Assembly: GCF_001194135.2 (NCBI RefSeq)
Contig: NC_068990.1
Span: forward strand, 13,728,975 to 13,792,974
Source of the DNA: Octopus bimaculoides
Taxonomy: Eukaryota
Reading direction: 5' to 3'
Length of the DNA: 64,000 nucleotides
Part shown: in pieces, positions 50,851-64,000 of the stretch
Position numbering within the stretch: the stretch's first letter is position 1
Layout: each line of letters opens with the position of its first letter
Program-made: the position numbers and the translations under genes
The notes under the pieces: model-generated
Seen by the model: only the letters and a program-made list of their open reading frames with translations
Told to the model about the DNA's origin: nothing
The model's database searches: none

Positions 50851-53525
50851 GGGTTCTTGTGTTCCGTCTTACTGCATCGTAAAGAACAATATATCTAACT
50901 ATATAGATAGAAATTTTCTTAGATCTTTGGAACCTTCCCGTATAAAGAAACAGTCTAGCATGAATATGAAAACTACGTGTTAAAAATAGATATTCATATA
51001 CAGAAACCGATATAGGTGGAGTGGTAAAAGAGAGGAAGCCGAAAACAATATATGTATGTGTATATGTATATATATATATATATATATATNNNNNNNNNNN
51101 NNNNNNNNNNNNNNNNNNNNNNNNNNNNNNNNNNNNNNNNNNNNNNNNNNNNNNNNNNNNNNNNNNNNNNNNNNNNNNNNNNNNNNNNNNNNNNNNNNNN
51201 NNNNNNNNNNNNNNNNNNNNNNNNNNNNNNNNNNNNNNNNNNNNNNNNNNNNNNNNNNNNNNNNNNNNNNNNNNNNNNNNNNNNNNNNNNNNNNNNNNNN
51301 NNNNNNNNNNNNNNNNNNNNNNNNNNNNNNNNNNNNNNNNNNNNNNNNNNNNNNNNNNNNNNNNNNNNNNNNNNNNNNNNNNNNNNNNNNNNNNNNNNNN
51401 NNNNNNNNNNNNNNNNNNNNNNNNNNNNNNNNNNNNNNNNNNNNNNNNNNNNNNNNNNNNNNNNNNNNNNNNNNNNNNNNNNNNNNNNNNNNNNNNNNNN
51501 NNNNNNNNNNNNNNNNNNNNNNNNNNNNNNNNNNNNNNNNNNNNNNNNNNNNNNNNNNNNNNNNNNNNNNNNNNNNNNNNNNNNNNNNNNNNNNNNNNNN
51601 NNNNNNNNNNNNNNNNNNNNNNNNNNNNNNNNNNNNNNNNNNNNNNNNNNNNNNNNNNNNNNNNNNNNNNNNNNNNNNNNNNNNNNNNNNNNNNNNNNNN
51701 NNNNNNNNNNNNNNNNNNNNNNNNNNNNNNNNNNNNNNNNNNNNNNNNNNNNNNNNNNNNNNNNNNNNNNNNNNNNNNNNNNNNNNNNNNNNNNNNNNNN
51801 NNNNNNNNNNNNNNNNNNNNNNNNNNNNNNNNNNNNNNNNNNNNNNNNNNNNNNNNNNNNNNNNNNNNNNNNNNNNNNNNNNNNNNATATATATATATAT
51901 ATATATACAATATGCATATATATATTTACATGTATATATTATATTTACATATGTACATATATAAATTTGCATATAGCTACATGTGTGTGTGTGTGTGTGT
52001 GTGCGCGCGCTTGGCTCTGCTAAAAGCTAGCAGCAATCTCCCAGATTTTAACCGAATTTCATTGTTGTTTAACTCAGTCTGTAAATAAATCCAAAATGTA
52101 TTATTTCTTACTTTGTTAGTAGTATTGTTCCTGAAAAGAGAAAATTCCATACTTCGTTATGATTGGTATTTTTCTTTACAGACTGTTTGCCTCCTGGAAT
52201 TGTACCTAAGCTTAATATACGTGAAAAAAAGAGAAAGTTATGCATGCAGTTCATAGTGGAGACATTATTTGAGATGGACCTCTTATTAAACTGTCCATGT
52301 TCCATATAACAACATTTGAAGATGTGACAAGAGTAAATCAACTAAACCGAATTACGCAACACCCAACCTGAATTCTTCACCTCAAATGTAACAGTGATGA
52401 CAGTGGAAATATTGTTTACGTTGCAAAACTATGAAATCAGTAAAAGCCAACGGTTTGTATTGTCTCGTGAGGCCTGCAAAGCAAGCTGGTCTCAGAGCTT
52501 TTGGCTTAGAAAGCCAATTATCTACGTATCTTATATATTTTCTATCGCCTGTGGTCATCAATAACACCGTTGGTTACAGTTCTCAGTAAGCCAGAATATG
52601 AATATGTTACTGTATTCCTGATAGTGTGAGCGACAAGGAAGGATATGTAATTCGATGCAGAACAAATATTGCGAGGGTTTAGCTGAAATGCACTGGCATT
52701 TCAAGTTACTCGCTGATGTGTATGCCCTTTTTGGATATACAGTAGTAAAAGATATACACAGACGCACATGCATACATACATACATACATACATACATACA
52801 TACATACGTATGCATGCATATGTATATATGTATATATGTGTTTGTGTTCGTGTGTGTATATATGTATATTTATAGATGTATATGTATTTATGTATATATT
52901 TATATATATATATATATNNNNNNNNNNNNNNNNNNNNNNNNNNNNNNNNNNNNNNNNNNNNNNNNNNNNNNNNNNNNNNNNNNNNNNNNNNNNNNNNNNN
53001 NNNNNNNNNNNNNNNNNNNNNNNNNNNNNNNNNNNNNNNNNNNNNNNNNNNNNNNNNNNNNNNNNNNNNNNNNNNNNNNNNNNNNNNNNNNNNNNNNNNN
53101 NNNNNNNNNNNNNNNNNNNNNNNNNNNNNNNNNNNNNNNNNNNNNNNNNNNNNNNNNNNNNNNNNNNNNNNNNNNNNNNNNNNNNNNNNNNNNNNNNNNN
53201 NNNNNNNNNNNNNNNNNNNNNNNNNNNNNNNNNNNNNNNNNNNNNNNNNNNNNNNNNNNNNNNNNNNNNNNNNNNNNNNNNNNNNNNNNNNNNNNNNNNN
53301 NNNNNNNNNNNNNNNNNNNNNNNNNNNNNNNNNNNNNNNNNNNNNNNNNNNNNNNNNNNNNNNNNNNNNNNNNNNNNNNNNNNNNNNNNNNNNNNNNNNN
53401 NNNNNNNNNNNNNNNNNNNNNNNNNNNNNNNNNNNNNNNNNNNNNNNNNNNNNNNNNNNNNNNNNNNNNNNNNNNNNNNNNNNNNNNNNNNNNNNNNNNN
53501 NNNNNNNNNNNNNNNNNNNNNNNTG

Positions 53526-53900
53526 AATGACAAGGACCTTTTTGTGTGCACAGTCTGTGACAGACCATGTCTGTCCTTGGCTGGCCTCAAATCTCACCTG
53601 CGAACCCATGGAAAACAAACCTCACCCAGCTATTCTGATTATATGTCTGTGCACACGTTTGAATGTGGTGTGTGCCAGAGGGTTTGCAAATCCAATGGGG
53701 GTCTTAAAAGGCATGTTAGGATCCACAATGAGCAGAACTTACTTGCAGGTATTGGTAGTGCAAATCAGAGGTGCAATCTGTGTGGGTGTTTTTTCAAAAC
53801 ACTGTCTGGTTTAAAAAGCCACATCAGACGCCATGAAAGGGCTAAGGTGTAGGTGCAGGAGGTGGTCAAACTCTGTTTAAGGAGTAGACAACCACCATAT
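53526..53900 (+). mobile_element. 3' end of a probable RTE-clade LINE ORF encoding three C2H2 zinc fingers (ORF to 53852, short 3' UTR)
   Basis: CTVCDRPCLSLAGLKSHLRTH, CGVCQRVCKSNGGLKRHVRIH and CNLCGCFFKTLSGLKSHIRRH are all C-x2-C-x12-H-x3-H. They match the RTE terminal finger CxxCxRxxxSxxGLxSHxRxH and lack TGEKP linkers. About 45 bp of UTR follows, then a short AT-rich tail. Confidence 0.7.
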
Positions 53901-54002
53901 ATGTATATGTACATAGACAGATAGATAGACAGAGAGAGAGACAGCTAGAGAGAGAGAGGGGGAGGCAAATCAGTACCTTTAGTAGAAAGGATTATTATTA
54001 AT

Positions 54003-54009
54003 ATTATCA

Positions 54010-54070
<61 letters not shown>
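54003..54070. repeat. (ATT)n microsatellite; a second tract at about 54470-54515
   Basis: Direct reading. Confidence 0.97.
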
Positions 54071-54071
<1 letters not shown>

Positions 54072-54467
54072 GAGTGAGAGAGCATCACATGCCATCAAAA
54101 TGACGCTGGGGTACACATATGCGAAGTCTAATATACCCATCATGGCTCCCTATCTGAAAGTCTACACAAGGCACATGCATCACACATAAGTGTGCGACAT
54201 TGTGATCTTATATCAAGAACTACAGCGTATGGCCTTGCATGTGGGGCCTAGCTAAATTCTTCTTCAGGTCGAGTAGCCCATCCGATTATTATCATTACTT
54301 TCATTAGTATCTTCTTTCAATTCCGTTTCCATTTCTTGCCGAGTGTCTTCCTGACATCTAGGGCAAAGAAGCGTACTGTATACACTGGTAGGCTATTAAA
54401 ACAAACACACGAGATTGCTCATTTACAGAGTCATGTGGTCGAGTAAACGGCGAAGGCAGAGAGAAAA

Positions 54468-54515
<48 letters not shown>

Positions 54516-54825
54516 TGAGTGAAAGATTTGGCCACGCCATCAAAGTGACGTTCGGGTACAAATATACGAAACCCAATATACACATCATGACTACCAATCT
54601 AATAAGGGTACAATAGGCACATGCATCACAACCACAAGATATACAACACATGAAGTTACTTCAGGTCGAGTGACCCATCCCGCTCCAAAGGTCCCCTGAA
54701 TACGAGTTATTGAAGGATGAAAGAAACAGCCATGTGTCCAGGGGTGAATTATTCAAACCCCAAAGAATCCCTCTCAACACATGTCTATGATCCCCACCCA
54801 CTATTCCTGCTCGAAATCAGAAATA
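54071..54825 (-). mobile_element. Two copies (54071-54284, 54516-54825) of interspersed repeat family E, each abutting (TAA)n
   Basis: Shared TGAGTGA...GCCATCAAA(A/G)TGACG...GGCACATGCATCACA...CTTCAGGTCGAGT(A/G)(G/A)CCCATCC. Orientation is inferred from the (TAA)n at the shared end. Confidence 0.7.
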
Positions 54826-54883
54826 CGTATGTATGTATGTATGTATGCATGTATGTATGTATGTATGTATGCATTTATGTATG

Positions 54884-54914
<31 letters not shown>

Positions 54915-56302
54915 GTGTGTGTGTGTGCATGCATTTATATATGTATGTATGTATGTATGCTCGCATGCATGGTGTGTATATATAAGCATATGTCCGTGCG
55001 TTTTAAGTAAACGGAAAAGGAACTTTTCATAGAAGAAAACATACATTTCTTTCATTGGAAGTTTGCCAGTTATCTATCTCACTGGTAATATATGTCTCTC
55101 TGTGGGATTGTATATATGTCTGTGCGTTTACGAAGGCGTTGTAACAGCTGTCATGCTTTTAAAACTTCCAACAAATATCACAAGCAGACTCGTTATACAA
55201 TGATTCTAAAACATGATAAAGCCAAATTCATGTGAAGCCATAGTTATCACTAATTCCATTTTGACACGATTTAAAATACACCATTTTTAAAAAGATTTTT
55301 TCTTACGTTTTGTGATTAGGTTCTATAGCAGTATAGACCAACATAAATGAATAAAATAAATATATATTTTTTTTTCTTTTTGTTTTGTCTGCGTTTAAAT
55401 CTCTCGATCTTGTTATGGACTGGTCCCCATTACTTTCATGATTACATACACTATGGGAAATTAGCATGGGGTATATGTTATTAAAATAAAACGGAAATAC
55501 TATTGGAATACTTGTTTTCGTTTATTAAAATAATCCCAAGTTGAATGGAAATATTTTATATACATACGACTTCTTTTATTGGAAAAGTGCCAACACCAAT
55601 CTCAAAGGTAACATTTTATCATAATTATGTAAACATTTTTTAACTAAATCTTTCAATGGGATATACTGATTTAGTGCAGGCGGTGTTCTGTTCGGAAAGC
55701 AACGAAGGCCATATTGTTTAAACAAATAAATTAGTTGGCACGTCAATTTGTATTTATACATATTTCGTTCGTTTATTTATTTTCTAATTTTTTTCAGATT
55801 GAATCATAAAGGCGAGTGCTGAAGGATTATGTACAATCTCCTGCTGACTCTACATCAAATCCCAATTTTAATTCAGTGTTAAAGAAAAACATTTTCTGTT
55901 ACTCCTTCTAATTGTATTCTTGTACAGCTTCTCCTCCTTCCTGATATTACGGTAATTAATTATGTGTTTAAAAGCATATTTCAACTTAAATGATTTATAA
56001 GTACGTGTTACTTCGTTATGCAAACAAAATATACTATAAAATACACTAAATATTTCAACTGTCTCTAAAAGAATCTTGTCGGTTAAATCTTCGATATGAA
56101 GTAAACGAAAGCTAGTCATACAATATAATACTACAAAACCCTTTGAATGTCATATAATGCAGCTTTGTCATAAAAATACTTCTTACATTCACAAATTGTT
56201 TTCTTTATTCAGGATCTAGAACGGAGTTTTAGGATATGAGAGATTCAATTTCTAATTCTAGAAGTAGGTGTGACTGTATATTTTACTTCTTTGAATTGTA
56301 AA

Positions 56303-56368
<66 letters not shown>

Positions 56369-56870
56369 NNNNNNNNNNNNNNNNNNNNNNNNNNNNNNNN
56401 NNNNNNNNNNNNNNNNNNNNNNNNNNNNNNNNNNNNNNNNNNNNNNNNNNNNNNNNNNNNNNNNNNNNNNNNNNNNNNNNNNNNNNNNNNNNNNNNNNNN
56501 NNNNNNNNNNNNNNNNNNNNNNNNNNNNNNNNNNNNNNNNNNNNNNNNNNNNNNNNNNNNNNNNNNNNNNNNNNNNNNNNNNNNNNNNNNNNNNNNNNNN
56601 NNNNNNNNNNNNNNNNNNNNNNNNNNNNNNNNNNNNNNNNNNNNNNNNNNNNNNNNNNNNNNNNNNNNNNNNNNNNNNNNNNNNNNNNNNNNNNNNNNNN
56701 NNNNNNNNNNNNNNNNNNNNNNNNNNNNNNNNNNNNNNNNNNNNNNNNNNNNNNNNNNNNNNNNNNNNNNNNNNNNNNNNNNNNNNNNNNNNNNNNNNNN
56801 NNNNNNNNNNNNNNNNNNNNNNNNNNNNNNNNNNNNNNNNNNNNNNNNNNNNNNNNNNNNNNNNNNNNNN

Positions 56871-56916
<46 letters not shown>

Positions 56917-57067
56917 CATACATACACACACACACGTTTGTATGTATGCATGTATGTATGTATGTATGTATGTATGCATGTATACATGCTTGTATACAGG
57001 CATGGAAGGATGGATGGAGTGAGAGGGGGATAGGGGATGGATGGATTGAAGGAGGGAAGGGTGGATT

Positions 57068-57384
57068 CATTACTTTCGAGACAGTACATCTTGACACACC
57101 AAACATTTCGGCTGTTTTCGTAACGCTAGCGCCTGCCATACGAGCACCAACAAGTTGACCGCTTTGAAAGTCCGATAGATCTGTCATTATAATGAATTTT
57201 AATTATTTTTCTCTGATGATATCTGAAAAGAAGCAGCAATTTTAGCAAAAGATATTCAGAAACACTAATAATAAATTTCAAAAAAACATTAGAATAAACA
57301 AGCTTTTGACGGTTTTATAGATATTTCAAACTTATGCTATAACGCTAGGTGTTTCGGTGTTTCCATTATTTTTTCTAACCCCAG
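57068..57384 (-). mobile_element. 5' end of a Tc1-family DNA transposon (left end + transposase N-terminal HTH)
   Basis: MTDLSDFQSGQLVGARMAGASVTKTAEMFGVSRCTVSKVM (57187-57068) is a Tc1 paired-like HTH start. The upstream end is TA|CTGGGGTTAGAAAAAATAATGGAAACACC. Confidence 0.8.
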
Positions 57385-57624
57385 TATATATACAAATGAT
57401 ATATATGTAGAGAAGCCATAAATTTAATTCTATCGACAGTGCTTTACTAGATACTTATTTTTTAGCGCTACACGGAAAGATGAAAATTAAAGTTGGGTTG
57501 TGCAATTTGAATTCAGAAAAAATGCTTACGTAATTAAGTAGTAGGCGGATCTAGATGAGAACCTACAGGTTTGGCAGCCATCATATTAATACACACACAC
57601 ATCATGTATATGTCTTTGTGCACG

Positions 57625-57675
<51 letters not shown>

Positions 57676-58277
57676 NNNNNNNNNNNNNNNNNNNNNNNNN
57701 NNNNNNNNNNNNNNNNNNNNNNNNNNNNNNNNNNNNNNNNNNNNNNNNNNNNNNNNNNNNNNNNNNNNNNNNNNNNNNNNNNNNNNNNNNNNNNNNNNNN
57801 NNNNNNNNNNNNNNNNNNNNNNNNNNNNNNNNNNNNNNNNNNNNNNNNNNNNNNNNNNNNNNNNNNNNNNNNNNNNNNNNNNNNNNNNNNNNNNNNNNNN
57901 NNNNNNNNNNNNNNNNNNNNNNNNNNNNNNNNNNNNNNNNNNNNNNNNNNNNNNNNNNNNNNNNNNNNNNNNNNNNNNNNNNNNNNNNNNNNNNNNNNNN
58001 NNNNNNNNNNNNNNNNNNNNNNNNNNNNNNNNNNNNNNNNNNNNNNNNNNNNNNNNNNNNNNNNNNNNNNNNNNNNNNNNNNNNNNNNNNNNNNNNNNNN
58101 NNNNNNNNNNNNNNNNNNNNNNNNNNNNNNNNNNNNNNNNNNNNNNNNNNNNNNNNNNNNNNNNNNNNNNNNNNNNNNNNNNNNNNNNNNNNNNNNNNNN
58201 NNNNNNNNNNNNNNNNNNNNNNNNNNNNNNNNNNNNNNNNNNNNNNNNNNNNNNNNNNNNNNNNNNNNNNNNNNNNN

Positions 58278-58308
<31 letters not shown>

Positions 58309-58571
58309 CATACATGCGCATGTGTATATACACACGGATATACTGACACATACATAGATATACTACATATGATATATATAACATATATTAATATAGAATA
58401 TATTATATATGTGCATATAAGTTATCTACACACATACACACAAACGTGTACTCATTTACACGTATATATAGACAGATGGATATATAGGCAGAGAGATAGT
58501 ATGGTGCACACAGACAGACAGACAGCTGAATTGATAGAGAGATGGATTGATGGAGGAATACAATTAGATAA

Positions 58572-58608
<37 letters not shown>

Positions 58609-58793
58609 AAACGAGGCCTCTTATTTTAATGTAAAGCAAATTAATATTTTTATTATAGATTGTAGTAATGGATTCCCAAAATAAATATATATAAATTGTA
58701 TGTATCTCCCTATATACTTCTCTATCTCTATATATATACACATACACACACACATACATATATATGTGTGTGTACATTTATATATATATATAC

Positions 58794-58824
<31 letters not shown>

Positions 58825-60704
58825 TGAGTACTCTTTTTTCTACCTTGTTGCACATTTTATGTGCTTATTCCGGTACATATCTACATATATAGATTTATAT
58901 ATAAATATATATTATATAGACATACATGATATATACATATATACATACATTCATACCTGCATACACAGATAAATACATGAATAGGTAGCAAGATAGATAC
59001 AGAAATAATCACATATATATCTGTATGTACGTACAAACGCAAATACATATGTACACACACATGCCCACACATATATGTTTATATGTATGTAGGTATGAAT
59101 ATATATACGCATTGGTGATGTAATTAAGCATGCAGAATCTTAAAAGCAAATGGCGAACATATACTGAGGTATTCAAAAAAGGCAGACATCATATTTACGT
59201 GTGTGTGTACGCGTGTGCTATCGTGCGTACGTCTATGTGTGTGCGTGCGTGAGCGAGTGAGTGCGTGAGTGAGTGAGTGAGTGAGTGTCTTGCTCTTAAT
59301 GTAAGCCCTTTACTAGAATAATTGCACTATAGGAGAAATTAAAGAACTTGTTTAAGAAATATGATGAATAAGTATTAATCTGGCAAGGAGAGTTCAATCT
59401 TGCTGAGGAATAATGAATAGATATATAAAAACAAGTAACTAGACTGTTCCATTAAACCTACATCATCCTCTGCTGTCGTTTAATCTTATCTACTTATGAA
59501 TTAGGATTTATTTCATTTCCATTTTCCTACGAAAGTATTGTGCTTATTGTAAAATATAGTAGAGAACGAAGATATTTGGAATATAGATGTGTAACTTATT
59601 CGTTATGTATTATTTCGTTATTGCTACTAAGACACACTGTTTTCCAAATCCTTGAGCACAGGCATACTAACCGTGGCCTTCCTACTTTTTCATATTATTT
59701 TATTTCAGAGAATGTAATCGAACGGTATGATCTGGAAGGAATTTAGTTATTATTTATATTCATTCATTTGGTCGTTGTTTATTCCAGCGACAACGTAGAT
59801 GTTTTATTTGTTCCTGTAATGTATTTGGCATTTATAGTTTTGTATTAAAGTGCAGTGGTTGACGTTTCGTGCATGAATTGAAGTATAATCTTCTGAGCTG
59901 TTTGTATAATTTCCCTAATCCGAAGTAGTATCAGTCTGTTTCACAAACAGTGCATAACATGGGCTTGTATCCAAATTGCCCGCCCCTTCTTCAAACATAA
60001 TATACATTCGATGACAATAACAACATATATATATCGTGGTCTGGTTATCAACACTTGTATAACTCACCCTATGGCACAGTATCCAAGGTTACAACACGTC
60101 TTAATTTTCTAATACTTCTAAATTATTGTATTTTCTATTTATTACCATTTCATGTTATCGTACCAAATCGTCGACTTGGTGAGATTTGAAGAGAATATGA
60201 GTTGCTTTATGAGAAAAGTTTGCTAGCCTACATTCAACTCATCTTCCAATATTTTGGAGAAAAGAATCGATGTTACTTGTCACCCACGACCATTCTGAAA
60301 GTGGAACGCGGCTGATTCCGGCACAGAAGGAGACAAGGTTAGGAACCATACCTTTCATTAATATATCCTTCATTTATAAAACCTAGAATAATGAAAAAGG
60401 TAAGCCTGGTCGTTTTTGAATTTTGGGGTTAGAGAATCGGAATATATCTCGAGTGGGAGTATAACAACATACTAGCAACTCTACCAAATCGATGAAACAA
60501 TCGTTTTGCATGTTTTATGGAAGTTTATTTCGTCCCTCTGGCATGGTGTACACATGTTGAATATTATATATATTCGTATTTCAATGTAATTAGTTTGTGG
60601 TAATTAAATATCCAGTTTACGTTTGAAATTATATATCCCGGTATATATACTGTTCACAGAAATTTCTACTGTCGAGGTTTTGTCTGGCTTTAAATAACTG
60701 AAAT

Positions 60705-61035
60705 GGAGGCGCAATGGCCCAGTAGTTAGGGCAGCGGACTCGCGGTCATAGGATCGCGGTTTCGATTCCCAGACCGGGCTTTGTGAGTGTTTATTGAGCG
60801 AAAACACCTAAAGCTCCACGAGGATCCGGCAGGGGGTGGTGGCGAACCCTGCTGTACTCTTCCACCACAACTTTCTCTCACTCTTAGTTTCTGTTGTGCC
60901 TGTAATTCAAAGGGTCAGCCTTGTCACACTGTGTCACGCTAAATATCCCCGAGAACTACGTTAATGGTACACGTGTCTGTGGAGTGCTCAGCCACTTGCA
61001 CGTTAATTTCACGAGCAGGCTGTTCCGTTGATCGG
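60705..61035 (+). mobile_element. SINE family A (tail in gap)
   Basis: GGAGGCGCAATGGCCCAGTAGTTAGGGCAGCGGACTCGCGG...GCTGTTCCGTTGATCGG. Confidence 0.9.
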
Positions 61036-61319
61036 NNNNNNNNNNNNNNNNNNNNNNNNNNNNNNNNNNNNNNNNNGGAAAACTTTGTAGCGCTGTGTTT
61101 CATCATAACTGCAGAGCAACGAGTGGAACAGGTATAAAAGAATAAGAGAATGCAGATATTACAAGAATGGTACGACACATTGAACATTAATCAGCTAGTG
61201 ATAGAATATATCGAGGGCTTCAGAAATCAGATACGTAATACATGATATACAGCTTAACGGAAATTAAATTTACAGAAAGGCCATAGTCTGTTATTTTGCT
61301 TCAAGATAGAGAGAAAAAC

Positions 61320-61362
<43 letters not shown>

Positions 61363-61668
61363 CATATATATACATATGTATACATATTTCTATGTAAATA
61401 TACATGTGTGTATGTGCATGTGTGTGTGTGAGTGTGTGTTTAATAGTGAAATACCCAAAATCCTCTTGGTGTATGCTTCCATTTATTCGATTACCTGCCA
61501 ACTGCAATGGTTAATATTGGATATAGTAAATATTAAATTGAATTTCTGGCGTAAATACTATTTGAAACACATGAAACATATGGGTAGCATTGTAAAATAT
61601 GTAAATATCGATACCTATGCGGGGGAACGGTACAGAATTTCACTTAGATGAATGTCAAGCACCTGACA

Positions 61669-61713
<45 letters not shown>

Positions 61714-63112
61714 GATATATAATGTATATATGTGTGTATATATATATGTTTATGCATCTCTCCCTCTCTCTCNNNNNNNNNNNNNNNNNNNNNNNNNNNN
61801 NNNNNNNNNNNNNNNNNNNNNNNNNNNNNNNNNNNNNNNNNNNNNNNNNNNNNNNNNNNNNNNNNNNNNNNNNNNNNNNNNNNNNNNNNNNNNNNNNNNN
61901 NNNNNNNNNNNNNNNNNNNNNNNNNNNNNNNNNNNNNNNNNNNNNNNNNNNNNNNNNNNNNNNNNNNNNNNNNNNNNNNNNNNNNNNNNNNNNNNNNNNN
62001 NNNNNNNNNNNNNNNNNNNNNNNNNNNNNNNNNNNNNNNNNNNNNNNNNNNNNNNNNNNNNNNNNNNNNNNNNNNNNNNNNNNNNNNNNNNNNNNNNNNN
62101 NNNNNNNNNNNNNNNNNNNNNNNNNNNNNNNNNNNNGTATATGAGAAATAGTGGTACAGATATCATATTTTTAACTGGCTTTTCTGCCAGCTCAGAGAAT
62201 TGAGTGCTTATATAAACTTGAGTGTTAAACCAAGAAACATATTTTCACTTGTCTTTGTAGGCAATCAGAAGTTGCTTGGTCAAGTTCTAGCCTCGACAGA
62301 ATCTGCTTGGATTTCATTCCTCGGTTCACGGGTATTCAAACGAATGAGTGTGAACGAGCATCTTTTTTCTCTAAAAAAAAAAAGACAACGAAATCTCTTG
62401 TTCTCGCAAAGCAAAACAACTTGATGCACTAGCCATTACAACCAAGAGAAAACTACAAACATCTTCGAAGATGATAATTTCAAGACTGAAATCGCCATTA
62501 GAACTTTTAGGTGAGAAATTAATACCTCAAGGGAGTAAAACAGAATAGCGTCATTTCAATTCTCGGAACACCGAGAGTTGTTTTTGACAAACAACGGCAG
62601 TAATTTTATTCAGCTGAATACACGTCATTGATTGGTTAAAATTACCGAAATACGACAACTTTAACACGAAAGAACTTTGAAAATACAGAATTTTCTCAAC
62701 AGCACTAAAAGAGTAAAAGATGTTTTATATGACACATTCTACCAGTGTCCGAAGTTTGAAAATGTTTAGTTACAAAAAATTAATTTCTCGATGTGCTGTT
62801 CAAAGGGAAAAAAATCCCAACTCCCACTAGAATATAGTTGAAATGACTATTTTGGACCGATATTTTGCTTTCTGAATGGTTACCATAAAACGGGTGTAAC
62901 AACTCAGAGAATTCTTCAGTATTACTCGAACGTTCACCAAAAGTGGATATATAGATAAGTTATAGTTTTTACGTTTGTAGTTGGTTGTGAACTTAACTTG
63001 GTATAAACATCATAAAGAACTTTTATTGTAATACCTCTAGGAGAGATAAATGCCTGGCAATTATCTTGCTCATGTTTGCAATCATGAAAATAAAAGTATT
63101 GTAACGATTACT

Positions 63113-63154
<42 letters not shown>

Positions 63155-64000
63155 TGCAATCGCTATTCTCAAACTCTCGGTTTGATATACAATGTTAGTT
63201 TTTGTTTGAAAAATTTTGAGAGAAAAATATCAACAAATTTCGCTCGGAGAGCCAAAACGCAGACGGAAATGGACAGTTTCGCAGGGTCCCGCTCAGTTTA
63301 GCAACAAAACAGAGGAGAGTATTTAACAATAGGCTTTTGGGGACACAGATAAAAGAAACAAAATTACGAGCGATTCGATAAAAAAACTACAACAACAACA
63401 ACAATCTTTTCTACAATAGGTATAAGGCCTGTATTTTATGGAAGAAGATAATAATGATGATGATGATCTTATTTAAGTGCAGGTTATGCATTTTAGGGCA
63501 TGGATCAATTGATGAAATGTATCCCGGTATTTGAATGTATTAGTTCTATTGACCAAGGTCTTGGACAGTAACTGCTAAATGAAAATAAAATAGTCTTTGT
63601 TACAATAGAAATACTTTGAGCAATGCCAGACAACAAGTGTTTAAGTTAACGAACAGAATGGTGTCCAGCACAGAGAGCTGTTGAAAAAAAAACTGGCATC
63701 TGTTATATAAGAATCTGTGAAGATCTTTAGAAGTTGGCGAGTTTTGCTGACGCAACGTGTTAAAATTTGACCTACGAAACATGATCAACAGGAAATGTTT
63801 TGCTACAACATCGACACAATGCCACAAATTTAGGAAGATATAAAAAGAGAAAGAACGAGTGAGAGTGAGGGAAGTCGAACAAACATTCTTGATTTTTATA
63901 CTATTTTATCGATCCCTCAAAGCTGACTAGCAGTCATGAACCCGGCAGTAGGTGAACATAGAATGAACTTGATATAATGGTGCAAGGTATTTAGTCAGCT

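Noticed and set aside
52182-52309. Good acceptor (TTTTTCTTTACAG) followed by DCLPPGIVPKLNIREKKRK...
   Set aside because: No convincing donor, no recognisable domain and no consistent neighbouring exons. Similar isolated acceptors at about 37550 and 55799 were rejected likewise.
53526-53852. Host C2H2 zinc-finger gene of the cephalopod ZNF expansion
   Set aside because: It lacks TGEKP linkers, the finger pattern is the RTE-terminal type, and a retroposon-like short tail follows. Kept only as the alternative hypothesis.
59861-59895. GACGTTTCG...TCTTCTG, a Penelope/hammerhead-like signature
   Set aside because: It needs about five substitutions to restore the core and stem II, and there is no stem I.

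Overview
AT-rich, microsatellite-saturated animal DNA from a short-read scaffold. About 7 kb (~11%) is N gaps, nearly all bordered by (TA)n, (CA)n or (GA)n. The repeat families look like those of an octopus genome; this is my recognition and was not database-checked. I can support no host protein-coding gene, rRNA, true tRNA or CRISPR array. The long ORFs in the track are N-run or microsatellite artefacts. The window is a transposon graveyard. It holds more than 25 tRNA-derived SINE copies in about five modular families, LINE fossils (CR1/L2-like, RTE, R4/Dong-like), a Tc1 5' end, Helitron remnants and a 57/63-bp minisatellite. The most interesting signal is seven minimal type-I hammerhead-ribozyme-like motifs from three sequence families in 1.2-14.2 kb. 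Four of them sit in two independent head-to-head inverted repeats of Penelope-like character. One has a canonical core, and one family consistently has a pyrimidine at the normally invariant A6. Also notable: a CR1-like LINE 3' end sharing a covarying tail hairpin with the commonest SINE, an RTE-like ORF end with three C2H2 fingers, and a demonstrable contig misplacement at 38-40.4 kb.
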